A stretch of 64,000 nt of DNA from an uncultured bacterium (GCA_963801165.1 CAWDDT010000004.1:448001-512000), one strand, 5' to 3'. Counted from the stretch's first letter, positions 10,072-20,689 are shown. The notes: a model not told the origin generated them from the letters alone. Numbers and translations are program-made.

Positions 10072-11184
10072 ATGGTCTACAACGGAGATCCCACAGGCGA
10101 CGTCGGCGCGGTACGCCGCACCGCAACATTCGAGCTGTTGTTCGATCTGGTCTTCGTCTTTGCGATCACCCAGATCACGAACCTGATCGAATTCGCTGAC
10201 GGTCCCGCCGATTGGATAGCGGCGGTGTCGGTCCTGTTGTTCCTCTGGTGGATGTACGGCGGCTTTGTCTGGCTTGCCAGCCACGTCGACGATGAGCGCA
10301 AGCTCGAGGCAGCGATGTTTCTGGCAATGCTCGCGTTCTTTCTTCTGGCAATGGGGATTCCCGGTGTGCACGCCGGCGACACGGTCCAGGTGGGCTCTGC
10401 CGCGATCGTGGTTGTCGTCATTCACTTCGTGGCGTTCTGGGTCCTGGCAGGTGCCCGGTACGGCTGGCCGATGGTCCGGGTCGGTGTGGTGAATCTCATC
10501 GCCGCTGTTCTCGTTCTGGTCGCCGGGTCCCTACCGAGCGGGCTCGAGTGGATTGCCCACCTGGCTCTTGTAGTTCTGCTGTCCGGGATGGCGCTCGTCT
10601 ACGCAGCGGAGCCTTTCTCGCTTATCCCGTCGCACTTCGTGGAGCGTCATGGTCTGGCGTTGATCATCGTCTTCGGCGAGAGCATCATTGCCGTCGGCAG
10701 CGGCATTTCGGGGCCGGCACCGGCGCACGTGCTGGCCGAGGCCGGCCTGACGCTTTGTCTCGTGATCGGGCTCTGGCTGACGTATTTCGCCCGGGACGAC
10801 GAGCGGGCCGAGACCGTGATGCTGGCGACGCCCGAGAGCGAGAGGGGGCGGATTGCCTTGCTCGGGTATTGGGCGGCCTTTGCCGTCATGATCGGCGGTG
10901 TGTTGATGCTGGCCGCGGGAGCGAAGCTGCACTTCGGCGGCCGGAGTTCCAGCGACTTCGGCGGCTGGATTGCAGCGGGGATGGCGCTCTACCTCGCCGG
11001 CACCGCAGGATTCCGGGCCGTGATGAGCATTCGGGGTGCGCTCGGCCGGCTCGCCGGGGCAGGCGTTGCGCTCGCCATCGCAGTTGTACCGTCCCGTGAG
11101 AATGCTATCGCTCCGCTCCTTTTGGCCGTCGTTCTGGTCGTTGCTCTGTTCGCTCTAGACATCCGAATGGCAGAGGAAACGTAG
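10072..11184 (+). CDS. ltrA: Low temperature requirement protein A family
   Basis: ELLFDLVFVFAITQ and HFVERHGLALIIVFGES signatures. Confidence 0.88.
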   Translation: MVYNGDPTGDVGAVRRTATFELLFDLVFVFAITQITNLIEFADGPADWIAAVSVLLFLWWMYGGFVWLASHVDDERKLEAAMFLAMLAFFLLAMGIPGVHAGDTVQVGSAAIVVVVIHFVAFWVLAGARYGWPMVRVGVVNLIAAVLVLVAGSLPSGLEWIAHLALVVLLSGMALVYAAEPFSLIPSHFVERHGLALIIVFGESIIAVGSGISGPAPAHVLAEAGLTLCLVIGLWLTYFARDDERAETVMLATPESERGRIALLGYWAAFAVMIGGVLMLAAGAKLHFGGRSSSDFGGWIAAGMALYLAGTAGFRAVMSIRGALGRLAGAGVALAIAVVPSRENAIAPLLLAVVLVVALFALDIRMAEET

Positions 11185-11414
11185 CCGCCGGTGGTGTCGG
11201 TCACGAGTCGCCGAGAATCGCCGCCCGGTTCGCGTCGAGGAGCTGGCCAGGTTGTGTCCGCGGGGGAGAGTCAGTACCGACGGCTAGGTTTCGGGATGAC
11301 GGGGATTGCGTCTGGCGTGGCGGCGATCACGGAGCAGGGTCCGGACGCACCCGTCGGCGGTGCGCGTGGATGACAATGCCACAGCAACCATCACGCCGGG
11401 TCTGGAGGATCTGC

Positions 11415-12179
11415 ATGGATGACATGTTCAGTCTTGACGGCAAGCTCGCTCTCGTGACCGGCTCCTCTGCCGGTATCGGTTTCGTGCTGGCAAAGGCCCT
11501 TGGCTCCGCGGGCGCGGCGGTTCTGGTCAATGGTCGTCGGCGGGCGCCGGTACATGAGGCCGTGGAGAGACTCCAGGGTGTCGGGATCACGGCATACCCG
11601 CTGTGCTTCGACGTGACGGATGCATCGGCCGTGGGTGAAGCCGTCCGGGTGGCGGAGTCTGAGCACGGGCCGATCGACATCCTGGTCAACAACGCGGGGG
11701 TGCAACGACGCGCCCCGTTCCTCGAGTTCACCGATGACGACTGGGACCTGCTCGTCGACACGAATCTCACCGGCCCGTTCATCGTGAGCAGGGCCGTCGC
11801 CCGCTCGATGGCGGAGCGCGGTGCGGGGAAGATCATCATGGTGTGCTCGGTGCAGAGCGAGCTGGCTCGCCCGTCCATCGCCCCCTACTCGGCGACAAAG
11901 GGGGGATTGAAGATGCTCATCAAGGGCATGTGTGCGGACCTCGGTCCTCTGGGCATCCAGGTCAATGGCCTCGGTCCCGGGTACTTCGATACCGAGCTCA
12001 CCAAGGCGCTTGTGGACGATGCCGAGTTCAGCGCCTGGGTCGCGGAGCGAACGCCCGCAGGCAGGTGGGGCCAGGTCGAGGAGCTGGCAGGTACTGTCAT
12101 CTTCTTGTCGTCCCGAGCGTCCGACTTCATCAATGGCCAGATCATCTACGTCGACGGCGGGATGCTGGCGACCATCTAG
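11415..12179 (+). CDS. idnO: SDR oxidoreductase, gluconate 5-dehydrogenase-like
   Basis: TGSSAGIG, NNAG, CSVQSELARPSIAPYSATKGG. Confidence 0.8.
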   Translation: MDDMFSLDGKLALVTGSSAGIGFVLAKALGSAGAAVLVNGRRRAPVHEAVERLQGVGITAYPLCFDVTDASAVGEAVRVAESEHGPIDILVNNAGVQRRAPFLEFTDDDWDLLVDTNLTGPFIVSRAVARSMAERGAGKIIMVCSVQSELARPSIAPYSATKGGLKMLIKGMCADLGPLGIQVNGLGPGYFDTELTKALVDDAEFSAWVAERTPAGRWGQVEELAGTVIFLSSRASDFINGQIIYVDGGMLATI

Positions 12180-12341
12180 CGGCCGTGCGACACCGACGTT
12201 TCCCCGGTGGCGTAGATACAAGGCTGCGATGCTCACGACCGAGACGCAAGAGGGGGCTTTCGGGCTTCGGATGGCTCCGTCTCAGCAGACTCCCAGCGAA
12301 CTCTAAGCTCCCTCACTGGTTCTCGCTCAAAGGTCGGCGCA

Positions 12342-13097
12342 ATGAATTCCAAGACAACTCCTCTCCATTCACGCGCCGCCCTTGCGGTGGTTGCCATGGT
12401 CCTCCTCGTCGCCGCCTGTGGCTCCTACGAGCCCGGCACCGTCGGCCAGGGGGCCGATACGAATGGTGCGGCAACTTCGACATCGACCACAACGACATCC
12501 GCCTCCGCCGTCGGCGCTTCAAGCTTCACTGCCGAGGTGTGGGCCGACAACTGGTTTGCCCTCTACGTCGATGGCGAGCTCGTGGGCGAGGATTCAGTTC
12601 CGATCACCACCGAGCGCTCGTTCAACTCCGAGACGATCACGTTCGAGGCCACCTACCCGTTCACGATTGGCATCGAGGCCAAGGACTTCAAGGAGACCGA
12701 CTCGGGCCTGGAATACATCGGCACGGACCGCCAGCAGATGGGGGACGGCGGGATGATCGCCCAAATCACCGACAACGCAACCGGTCAGGTGGTGGCGGTC
12801 ACGGACGGATCCTGGACGGTGCTAGTGGTGCAGCGCGCTCCGCTCAACACCGAGTGCGAGAAGGCGGCCGATCCCGACACCGCGTGTCAGCACGAGACCA
12901 TTGAGATCCCGGCCGATTGGGGGGCGCCCGGCTTCGACGACAGTGGCTGGGTCGCGGCAACCGAGTGGAGTGCGGCCGACGTCGGCCCCAAGGATGGCTA
13001 CGACGAGATCAGCTGGGACCCGGCAGCCAAGCTGGTCTGGGGCTCGGACCTCAAGATCGACAATACGATTCTCTTGCGAGCAACGGTCGACGCATAA
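12342..13097 (+). CDS. Secreted lipoprotein (WADNWF-motif family, often auto-annotated PEBP-like)
   Basis: Lipobox VAAC, Thr/Ser linker, EVWADNWFALYVDG..TERSFN. Confidence 0.6.
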   Translation: MNSKTTPLHSRAALAVVAMVLLVAACGSYEPGTVGQGADTNGAATSTSTTTTSASAVGASSFTAEVWADNWFALYVDGELVGEDSVPITTERSFNSETITFEATYPFTIGIEAKDFKETDSGLEYIGTDRQQMGDGGMIAQITDNATGQVVAVTDGSWTVLVVQRAPLNTECEKAADPDTACQHETIEIPADWGAPGFDDSGWVAATEWSAADVGPKDGYDEISWDPAAKLVWGSDLKIDNTILLRATVDA

Positions 13098-13277
13098 CGT
13101 AGCGAGCGCGGGGCGGATCATCGCCCCCGAGCTCTCCTCAGGAACGTCCGGCATTTGTCCTCCCCTCGACGCCGCCCTTCAACACAAATGCGTCACCCGT
13201 GAGAAGGAGTCACCGAGTTCCGAGGAGAACTCACAGTTGGCCGTCACCCATTTCCGTGGTCCGGGGAGTGCCGGCCG

Positions 13278-14258
13278 TCAACGTTGAGCCTTCTCGTCGG
13301 TGGTTGGTCGATGCCCGATCTCCAACCCGGCGAGGTTGCTCTCGCCCCGATACTCGAGACGTCCGGTCACCTCGAGGGAGAGGTGTCCGCCCAGGTACTC
13401 GAAATCGGTGTCGATGTTGCGTCGTTGTGCCGGTAGCGGTACGGGCAGTACGTGTGGTTCGCCGACGCCGTGCCCGATGATGCGCACGCGATAGCCGTGA
13501 CCGCGACCATCTACTTCCCACCGTTGGCCGTCGGTCTCGCCGCGCACGCGGGAGAAGGGCGGAGCGAGGCGGATCACCCTGGCGCCGATGCGGACCACGA
13601 TCCCCCCGACCTGCGCGGAAAGAGGTCCTGCTGTCAGCAGGCCCCCGCCGAATGCGACGCATACATCGGGCCGGTCGAAGCCTTGGGCCTGACCCCACCA
13701 CCAGTGCTCTGGAAACCCGGCTCCCCAGTTCTTCTCGGCGTACACCTCGGCGTCGATGATCTCCCATTCCTGATCACCGACGCGGGCGGTGCCTTCTGCT
13801 GCACCACCGAGCAGGTGCGGGTGCCAGTACTGGCCGAGAAATGGCAGTGCCGAGAACAGGCCGCCGCCTCCGAGGACCAGCGGCCACGTGACAGGCCGAC
13901 TCAACGACAGGTCGGCACCGGCGTCGGGACCGAGATCGATGTGGACCCCGGTCTCAGTCGCAGTGAACTTTCCGTCCCCCGCGGTGACGAGGAATCGGTC
14001 CGAAGCGGCGGCGGCTCCATCGAGCACCGCGGAGCGGACAAAACCACCAGGATGCGCAGCGATCGCCACCGTCGCCCATTCACCATTCGGATGTCGGTTC
14101 ACGCCGCACAGCACGACGAGCACGCGCTGGTGGGCCACGTCGGTGACTCGCCAGAAGTAGCCCTCCATTTCCGCTCCATGGGACGGCCGCGGGTCACCGA
14201 GGGGGAGGTTTGCGCCCGTGCGCCGATAGATCGAGTCGAGACGGGCGAAGACTGTCAC
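13278..14258 (-). CDS. Tocopherol cyclase family protein
   Basis: MEGYFWR, YAEKNWGAGFPEHWWWGQ; GTG start re-called. Confidence 0.8.
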   Translation of the reverse strand: MTVFARLDSIYRRTGANLPLGDPRPSHGAEMEGYFWRVTDVAHQRVLVVLCGVNRHPNGEWATVAIAAHPGGFVRSAVLDGAAAASDRFLVTAGDGKFTATETGVHIDLGPDAGADLSLSRPVTWPLVLGGGGLFSALPFLGQYWHPHLLGGAAEGTARVGDQEWEIIDAEVYAEKNWGAGFPEHWWWGQAQGFDRPDVCVAFGGGLLTAGPLSAQVGGIVVRIGARVIRLAPPFSRVRGETDGQRWEVDGRGHGYRVRIIGHGVGEPHVLPVPLPAQRRNIDTDFEYLGGHLSLEVTGRLEYRGESNLAGLEIGHRPTTDEKAQR

Positions 14259-14518
14259 GAGGCAGGGACGGCCTCGTCCAACACCTGCAGAGGCTCGGCC
14301 TCGAGACGCATGCGGCAACCCTCGCCGTCGGGGGTCAGCGCCTCCGTGAGCGATGCCCGACCGTTGCTCTTCGATCGGCCCTCGATCCGAATCAACTTGT
14401 CGGTCTCCACCTCGACGGTCATTTCCGAGAACTCCGGAAGGCGCTCTACGTACGACCGCAATGCGAATACGCGGTCCGGCGAGCACGAAACGACAGCTTC
14501 GTCGGCGATCTTGCTCAT
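14255..14518 (-). CDS. Small SRPBCC-like hypothetical protein
   Basis: VVSCSPDRVFA N-terminus and LTPDGEGCRMRL; stop overlaps next start. Confidence 0.45.
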   Translation of the reverse strand: MSKIADEAVVSCSPDRVFALRSYVERLPEFSEMTVEVETDKLIRIEGRSKSNGRASLTEALTPDGEGCRMRLEAEPLQVLDEAVPAS

Positions 14519-14687
14519 CTGGCTTCCTCCGGGTGTACAGCCGTTGAACAGACCGCACGTGGCAATACCCGCTACCCGACTTGGAGCGCACCCTACCATC
14601 GCAGGTGGGCGTCCGTTATGGGGACCATCGTGAAGCGCGATGGAGCGGCATCGTCACGCTGGGAACGTTCCACGGGGCCAACCAATC

Positions 14688-14730
14688 GGCGTCCCGGGAG
14701 GATTCGAACCTCCGATACCCGGTTTAGGAA
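14688..14730 (-). repeat. 3'-half copy of tRNA-Arg(CCT) (att scar, outer island boundary)
   Basis: ggcgtcccgggaggattcgaacctccgatacccggtttaggaa matches 19404-19447 with about 3 differences. Confidence 0.9.
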
Positions 14731-14904
14731 CGTGTTGCAGCCGAATCCCTGGGTGCTCATGTAGGGCCACGAATAGCTGGGGGTTCCCATCCGAAATGTT
14801 GTCGATTCGCCCCATATTCATTGAGGAATCAACAACTTGGGTTGTTGTTCGGCGTGTCGAATTCGCTGGTTTCTCAGGCCTGCGAAGTGCCCAAGATTCT
14901 CCAT

Positions 14905-15050
14905 GCCGGTTGCTGCGCGGCTACTCCTTCCATATTTTGAGACGCATCTCAACCCAGTGTTTGGGGATCAGCGCATCATTGACATTGCGCAACCGGCGGT
15001 TCAGAGCGTTGTTGCGGCTGGGAGCGCCGAGCGCGCTCCTCAGACCCGAT
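14905..15050 (+). pseudogene. Possible tyrosine integrase core-binding domain remnant
   Basis: FETHLNPVFGDQRIIDIAQPAVQSVVA resembles the integrase SAM-like segment; next to att scar. Confidence 0.4.
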
Positions 15051-15188
15051 CGACAAAACGATTCTCTTGCGGGCAACGGTCAACGGATAGCGCACCCAGC
15101 GTGTGCCTTCGGGGTGGCTGCCTCGACAACCGGTCGCACGAACGACTTGAAACAACGGAGGGCGGTACCGCCGCACTCCCCTCCGATT

Positions 15189-15596
15189 TCAGCCCCACAC
15201 GAGCACGAGGATGGCTGCGACCACTACGAACAGTGTCGAGTACTCCATCCCCCATAGGGCTACCGGTGACCCGTCGCCGATGATGAACACCAGACCGGCG
15301 AGGGTGGCCGCGATGGTCGCGGCCGCCGTCACCCCGGTGGCGACACGCCGGCGGGTGTCGGGGAGCCGCAGCGTGTAGACGAAGCTTCCGGTGCTGAGCC
15401 CCACCAACAGGAGGCCGATTGCGATGTGAAGCCCGAGGTCCCGGTGGCCGAACGGGGGACCGCTCATCAGGGCGGATCCGAGAAGACCCTCCCACACCAC
15501 GAGGATGAGGATCACGAGCGCCAGGATCCTGAGCACTGTGTTCTTCTGCCGGCGGACGTTCACGCCGGTGGGCTGTGCGGATTGGTGCTCGGTCAT
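15189..15596 (-). CDS. Small 4-TM membrane protein
   Basis: Four hydrophobic helices; coupled to upstream TetR. Confidence 0.65.
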   Translation of the reverse strand: MTEHQSAQPTGVNVRRQKNTVLRILALVILILVVWEGLLGSALMSGPPFGHRDLGLHIAIGLLLVGLSTGSFVYTLRLPDTRRRVATGVTAAATIAATLAGLVFIIGDGSPVALWGMEYSTLFVVVAAILVLVWG

Positions 15597-16222
15597 GGGA
15601 ATGGTCCTTTCGTCGCGTCGGCCCGGATAGGCAAGTCGATGCCGAGGATCCGCCACACGGAACGGGTGAGCGCATGTAGCGCATCGTCAGGGCTCATTCG
15701 CCCGCCTCCGACTTCGTTTGCGGCCGCGTGGGTCAGACTCATGAGCGCGGCCACGATCCAGTTGGCTGAGAGGCGGGGGTCGAAGTCGCCGGTGCGTTGG
15801 CCCCGTTGGATCAGCGGCACCAGCCGATCGAGGATCGGGCCATGCCCCGTCTGCTCCTCCTCGGGTCGCATCGGGAGCGTCGGCAGCGTGAATACCCGGT
15901 TCTCGATGGAAGTATCCCAATTGGTTTCGATGAATCGCTGCAGCGCAGCGGCGGGAGGACCTTCATTTAGCGTGGCGCGGTCCAGCGCCGTGATCGCTCG
16001 GTTCAACGTGCGCGTCAAAACGGCACGGATCAGCTCGTCTCTCGAGGGGTAATGGGAGTAGACGGTTTGTCGAGCCAAACCTGCGGCTCGAGCGATGTCT
16101 TCGATGGTTGCGTCGGGCCGCTCGCCAAGCGTCTCGGCGGCGGCATCGAGAATCGACTCCATGTTGCGCTCGGCGTCCGCACGGAGCCGGCGAGCTGGCG
16201 TATGTGATGTGTTCGAGGACAT
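15593..16222 (-). CDS. TetR/AcrR family regulator
   Basis: RADAERN..IARAAGLARQTVYSHYPSRDEL. Confidence 0.92.
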   Translation of the reverse strand: MSSNTSHTPARRLRADAERNMESILDAAAETLGERPDATIEDIARAAGLARQTVYSHYPSRDELIRAVLTRTLNRAITALDRATLNEGPPAAALQRFIETNWDTSIENRVFTLPTLPMRPEEEQTGHGPILDRLVPLIQRGQRTGDFDPRLSANWIVAALMSLTHAAANEVGGGRMSPDDALHALTRSVWRILGIDLPIRADATKGPFP

Positions 16223-16424
16223 GAGTGTCTATGTTAACAGCGTGATGTGTCATTCTAGCGAGCAAATTCGAGTTAACTACGACAGCCTCGTCTAAGTTAT
16301 CGTCGACCATGATCGAAGCGTGGCCGGGACCGTCGTCACTCGAGATACAAGATGGGATTGACCTTTCGACTCCCTCCGCGATTCCCGACCGATATTCCAC
16401 CGACGCAGATCTCCAGTGTTTTCA

Positions 16425-16492
16425 GCGCCCGGGAGGATTCGAACCGCCTTCACCGTCTTGGGAGACCGGTTCGCGTAGGTTTAGGAAACCGG
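16425..16492 (-). repeat. Degenerate tRNA-Arg 3'-half (16425-16469) plus a second anticodon-arm core GGTTTAGGAAACCGG (16478-16492)
   Basis: Direct alignment to the intact tRNA. Confidence 0.8.
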
Positions 16493-16666
16493 CCAGGACA
16501 CTTTCCGGTGTCTCTCGTCGATTGTCGTCTTCTGCGAGATCGTCAATGTTTACGGGGGATTCCCACCGATTCGCTGAATGCGGCCTTTGCGTCGTTTTGT
16601 GTCGTTTCTCGACCTGTGACGGACCGTTGAAGCGAGATTTGCTGATAGGGGTTCAATCGGTCTCTC

Positions 16667-16678
16667 GTTACATGTAAC
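16667..16678. promoter_or_regulatory. Palindromic operator GTTACATGTAAC upstream of antitoxin
   Basis: Perfect 12-bp palindrome ending 9 nt before ATG 16687. Confidence 0.55.
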
Positions 16679-16686
16679 ATCAGAGC

Positions 16687-16908
16687 ATGGCTACACCCCA
16701 AGAGAGGTCTTCCGTCTCGAATCGAGTACGCAACTACCGCAAGCGGATGCGGGCACAAGGAATGCGGCCAATCCAGATCTGGGTGGCGGACGTCCGCTCT
16801 CCGGACTTCGCTGCTGAAGCACACCGCCAGGCCGCGGCCGTCGCCAACAGCAAGCACGCCGCCGACGATCAGGCATTCATCGATGCGCTCAGTGTCGACG
16901 ACAAGTGA
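16687..16908 (+). CDS. MazE-like antitoxin (DUF3018 type)
   Basis: RVRNYRKRMRAQGMRPIQIWVADVRSPDF. Confidence 0.88.
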   Translation: MATPQERSSVSNRVRNYRKRMRAQGMRPIQIWVADVRSPDFAAEAHRQAAAVANSKHAADDQAFIDALSVDDK

Positions 16909-17237
16909 GACGCTCCGAGGTCTGGACGGCCGCAGCCGGGACTGGCTACAGCGGCAAACCGCGGCTCGTCGTGATCATTCAGGACGACCGGTTTGATGCC
17001 ACCGACTCGGTGACGGTGTGCGCTTTCACCACTGACCCGACAGAGGCGCCGCTGATCCGTCTCCCCGTTGTGCCCGATGAGCAGAACGGTCTTCGCGAGA
17101 CAAGCAGTCTCATGGTCGACAAGATCACAACCGTTCCCCGATCCAAGCTTGGTGAACGAATCGGCCGCCTAGCCGACCAAGACATGCTTAGGCTCGGGCG
17201 TGCCGTCGTGGTGTTCTTCGGACTGGCAGGCGACTGA
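16905..17237 (+). CDS. mazF: PemK/MazF family toxin
   Basis: GKPRLVVIIQDDRFD..NGL..SSLMVDKITTV; overlaps antitoxin stop. Confidence 0.9.
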   Translation: MRRSEVWTAAAGTGYSGKPRLVVIIQDDRFDATDSVTVCAFTTDPTEAPLIRLPVVPDEQNGLRETSSLMVDKITTVPRSKLGERIGRLADQDMLRLGRAVVVFFGLAGD

Positions 17238-17361
17238 CCACTCCAACCATGGCGTGAAGCCCTGCAAACGCGATACAGGATGTCAACGGTCAGTGTTCGC
17301 CCAGCAAGCGGATACGTGAGGATCTCGCTCACTCGAGAAACTGATCGTTATCACCCGATAT

Positions 17362-18206
17362 TTGTTGTATGTGCTTCCTCGCTTTGCTCGGGCATCCCTG
17401 GGGAGCATTCAGGCCGTTGACATCCGGGAGTGGTTGGCAGACCTCGATCGTTCGGGTCTGTCGGCGTCGCGAATCCGGCAGGCGTACTTCCTGCTGGCGC
17501 AGATTCTCCGCTCGGCCGTCGAGTCCGGTCATCTGGCGAAGGACCCGTGTGTCGTGGTGAAGCTTCCGCGCATGCAGGTACCCGAGATGCGATTCCTGTC
17601 CGTGGAACAGGTCGAGGCGCTGGCTTCAGCCATTCGTGAACCGTATGGTGTCCTTGTCAACACCGTTGCCTACGGCGGTCTGCGATGGGGCGAGGCGGTA
17701 GCCCTGGACGGGAACGATGTGAGCTGCTGCGTTCCCGGGTCCATGTGGCGGAATCGCTCTCCGAGACCTCCGAAGGGCTTCTATTCGGTGCCACAAAGAC
17801 ATATCAGCGCCGAACGGTGGTGATACCGGGATTCCTCCGGGATCAACTGGCGGAGCATCTGGCGACTCGCGTCGAAATCGCCGAGGATGCACTCGTCTTC
17901 ACCTCCCCAGGCGGCGAGCCCTTGCGCCGAGGCAACTTCAGCCGGCGGGTGTGGAAGCCCGTGCTCGCGGCAGCGCGTCTTGACGTTCGGCCGCACGAAC
18001 TCCGCCATACCTGTGCCGCGCTGCTCATCGCCGAGGGGGCGCATCCCAAGGCGGTGCAGGCTCAGCTCGGACACTCGTCGATCCAGGTCACTATGGATCG
18101 GTACGGGCATCTGTTTCCCTCTGCCGCTGAGGAGCTCGCTGGTCGTCTGGATGCTGTGCATCGACGGAAGCAGACGCTCGAGACTCCGGGGATTTCTATT
18201 GCATGA
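17362..18206 (+). pseudogene. Tyrosine integrase, N-terminally truncated, frameshift near 17710
   Basis: AYGGLRWGEA, PHELRHTCA, LGHSSIQVTMDRYGH split across two frames. Confidence 0.85.
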
Positions 18207-18248
18207 AAGAAACAAGTGTTCGATTTATGACGGGTGTTTGTTATCATA

Positions 18249-18877
18249 TGGACATGGATTTCGTTCGACCCGTTGAGGCAATCGTTCCCGGTGTCCAGGG
18301 CCGGGTTCTGTCCGTGCTGGCGGAGACAACTGCCGACCTCAACATGAGGACGATCGCTCGTCTCGCTGATGTCAGTCTGGCGCAAGCCTCGCGCGTGCTG
18401 GCGCGGTTGGTCGACCTTGGCGTTGTGGAGCGGCGTGACGTGCCTCCTTCGTCACTCTTTCGTCTGGTTCGCCAGCATGTGGCCGCGGGTCCGTTGCTTG
18501 CTTTGGCGAGAGGCCGGGATGCGTTGATAGGCGAGATGGGGCGCCTCGCGGCCGGGCTCCCTGTGGTGCCCTTGTCGGCGATTGTCTTCGGATCCTTTGC
18601 GCGAGGCGAGGCAGATATCGACAGCGACATCGACATGGTGCTCGTCCGCCCCGCGGGTGTCGATGAGTCCGACGAGTCGTGGTGGGAGGCGGTCGAGCAG
18701 TGGCGGACTTCGGTGCGCCGGGCTAGTGGCAACCGGGTTGAAGTCCTCGAGGTTGGCTCCGACGAGGTCGCAGCGTTGCTGAACAGCCGGCGGCAGGTAT
18801 GGCGTGACATTCGGCGCGATGGCCTGGTCGTGCACGGCCTGAGCCTCGCCGATCTCAAGGATGGATCACGTGGCTAG
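18249..18877 (+). CDS. wHTH plus minimal nucleotidyltransferase (MNT) antitoxin-like protein
   Basis: N-terminal HTH; FGSFARGEADIDSDIDM motif. Confidence 0.85.
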
Positions 18878-19276
18878 GAGCGGGCGAACCCGGTCCGTCA
18901 CGGCGAGTCAAGCGCGGCGGTATCTGGCGAAGGCCGAGGAGTACGTTGAGGCGCATCCAGCGAACTCGACGCTCAACGGGGCATCGCTGCGACGGGTCTG
19001 GCCATCCATGCCGCGATCAACGCTGCCGATGCCGTGTGCGGTGTCCGCCTCGGGGAGCGAGCCGTCGGCGAGGATCACGATGAGGTGCTCGTACTGCTGA
19101 AGACGGCCGGCAAGGATGGTGTCGAAGTTGAGAAAGAGCTTCGACGGCTACTTCCGTTGAAGACCAAGGCTGAGTACGACCCCGACAATGTCTCGCTCCC
19201 GACGGCATCAAAGGCAGTTGCGCGAGCGCAAAGATTCGTCGCAGTCGCTCGACGTGTCGTGGCGTCGCTGAGGTGA
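18870..19276 (+). CDS. HEPN-domain protein (frameshift near 18955)
   Basis: YLAKAEEY..AIHAAINAADAVC..LKTKAEY across two frames; coupled to MNT. Confidence 0.7.
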
Positions 19277-19405
19277 TTCGCGGCTTGTCGGCGGCGGCTT
19301 CCAACGAACTCTGACGGACACTAGACGGACAGTACGGGCTCTAAGCGTCGCTGTGGGCATCGCCCGAAATGCCGATATCCGTTCTCACACAGCGAATACC
19401 TGAGG

Positions 19406-19478
19406 CGCCCCCGGGAGGATTCGAACCTCCGACACCCGGTTTAGGAAACCGGTGCTCTATCCCCTGAGCTACGAGGGC
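19406..19478 (-). tRNA. tRNA-Arg(CCT)
   Basis: GCCCTCG TAGCTCAGGGGATAGAGCA CCGGT TTCCTAA ACCGG GTGTC GGAGG TTCGAAT CCTCC CGGGGGC G; full cloverleaf, no encoded CCA. Confidence 0.97.
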
Positions 19479-19484
19479 GAAATA

Positions 19485-20633
19485 TCAAGAATAGCCCGAA
19501 AAATCAGCCTTTCCGGAGTCCTCGGGTAGGGCAACAATGTTGTCAGATGTGCGCTTGGGCCGCACCTGGGCCGCACTGTAACGAGCATCCATCGATTCTG
19601 CGAGGCTATCGAGGTCGTCTTCGAACAGATGAGCGTACCGATCGAGAGTGATCTGCGCCGACGAATGGCCCAGCATTCTTTGCACCGCTTTCACGCTCGC
19701 GCCGGCCGAGATCGCCAGACTTGCCGCCGTGTGTCGCAAGTCGTGGGGCACGAGATCGCCAAGCCCGAGGTCGGCCACTGCAGGCTTCCACACCCTCCGC
19801 AAGAAGTTCGGGGAACGGAGAGGTTGACCGGTCGACGATGCGAACACGAGATCGCCGCCGGCGAGCGTAGGAGCCAACTCGTCCATCAGAAACCTCGGGA
19901 TCACAATCGTTCGGGACCGATGCGACTTCGGAGTGCCCCAGACGAGCTTGCCGTTGACCAGGGTGGCCGATTCCCTCACATAAACCCGGTGCCGCAAGAC
20001 ATCCACGTTGTCCGACCTGAGCGCCACCGCTTCGCCCCAGCGCAGGCCACCGTAGGCGAGGAGCTTGACCAGCTGGGCACCTCCACGCATCCTCTGCTCC
20101 ACCGCATCGGCCAGCTCGGTCACCTGCGTCGCGGTCAGATACCGTTGGTCCCGTTCGGCCGTCTTGGGCACTTTCACCGTCTCTGCCGGATTCCGCCCGA
20201 TGAGGCCGTCATCCACTGCTTGCGTCAGCACCGCGGAGACGACCCGTTTCGCCTGGCCCATCCGCGACGCCGAAAGCCCGTCCGCGGCCATAGCGGCGAC
20301 CCACGCCCTGAGGAAGTCCGGGTTGATCCGTCTCAGTTCGACGGAACCCAGCGCAGGCAAGATCCGTGAATCGAGCAACGAGCGGTAGCCGGCGATTGTC
20401 TTTGGCTTGAGGACGAGGCCTTGAAACCATTCCTCGGCATAGTCTTCGAATCGAACGGCGCCGGCACTCGGGTCAACCCACAGACCGCGGTCCTGCTTCT
20501 GGAGCTCGTCGCGCAGCCATCGCTCGGCATCGACCTTGCGGTCGAACGCCCTCGAGTGTTCCCGCCCGTCAGGGCCCCGGTACCCAGCCCGCCACGGTGT
20601 GGGTCGATCAGGTCGTTTGCGAATCCATCCCAT
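19485..20633 (-). CDS. int: Tyrosine recombinase/integrase
   Basis: GLRWGE, HDLRH, LGH, DRYAH catalytic motifs; start re-called to MGWIRKR. Confidence 0.95.
   Translation of the reverse strand: MGWIRKRPDRPTPWRAGYRGPDGREHSRAFDRKVDAERWLRDELQKQDRGLWVDPSAGAVRFEDYAEEWFQGLVLKPKTIAGYRSLLDSRILPALGSVELRRINPDFLRAWVAAMAADGLSASRMGQAKRVVSAVLTQAVDDGLIGRNPAETVKVPKTAERDQRYLTATQVTELADAVEQRMRGGAQLVKLLAYGGLRWGEAVALRSDNVDVLRHRVYVRESATLVNGKLVWGTPKSHRSRTIVIPRFLMDELAPTLAGGDLVFASSTGQPLRSPNFLRRVWKPAVADLGLGDLVPHDLRHTAASLAISAGASVKAVQRMLGHSSAQITLDRYAHLFEDDLDSLAESMDARYSAAQVRPKRTSDNIVALPEDSGKADFSGYS
19553..19575. repeat. Arm-type integrase site candidate GCTTGGGCCGCACCTGGGCCGCA (copy 1)
   Basis: Tandem TGGGCCGCA; identical copy at 25603-25625. 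Confidence 0.7.
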
Positions 20634-20689
20634 TAGAACTCCGGAGCGTAGCCGTCTGTTGTGACGGCGGACTAGGCGAAGACATCTGT

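Noticed and set aside
16425-16469. Separate tRNA-Gly(CCC) gene
   Set aside because: No D-arm or 5' half, stems are broken, and it aligns as a mutated 3' half of tRNA-Arg(CCT)
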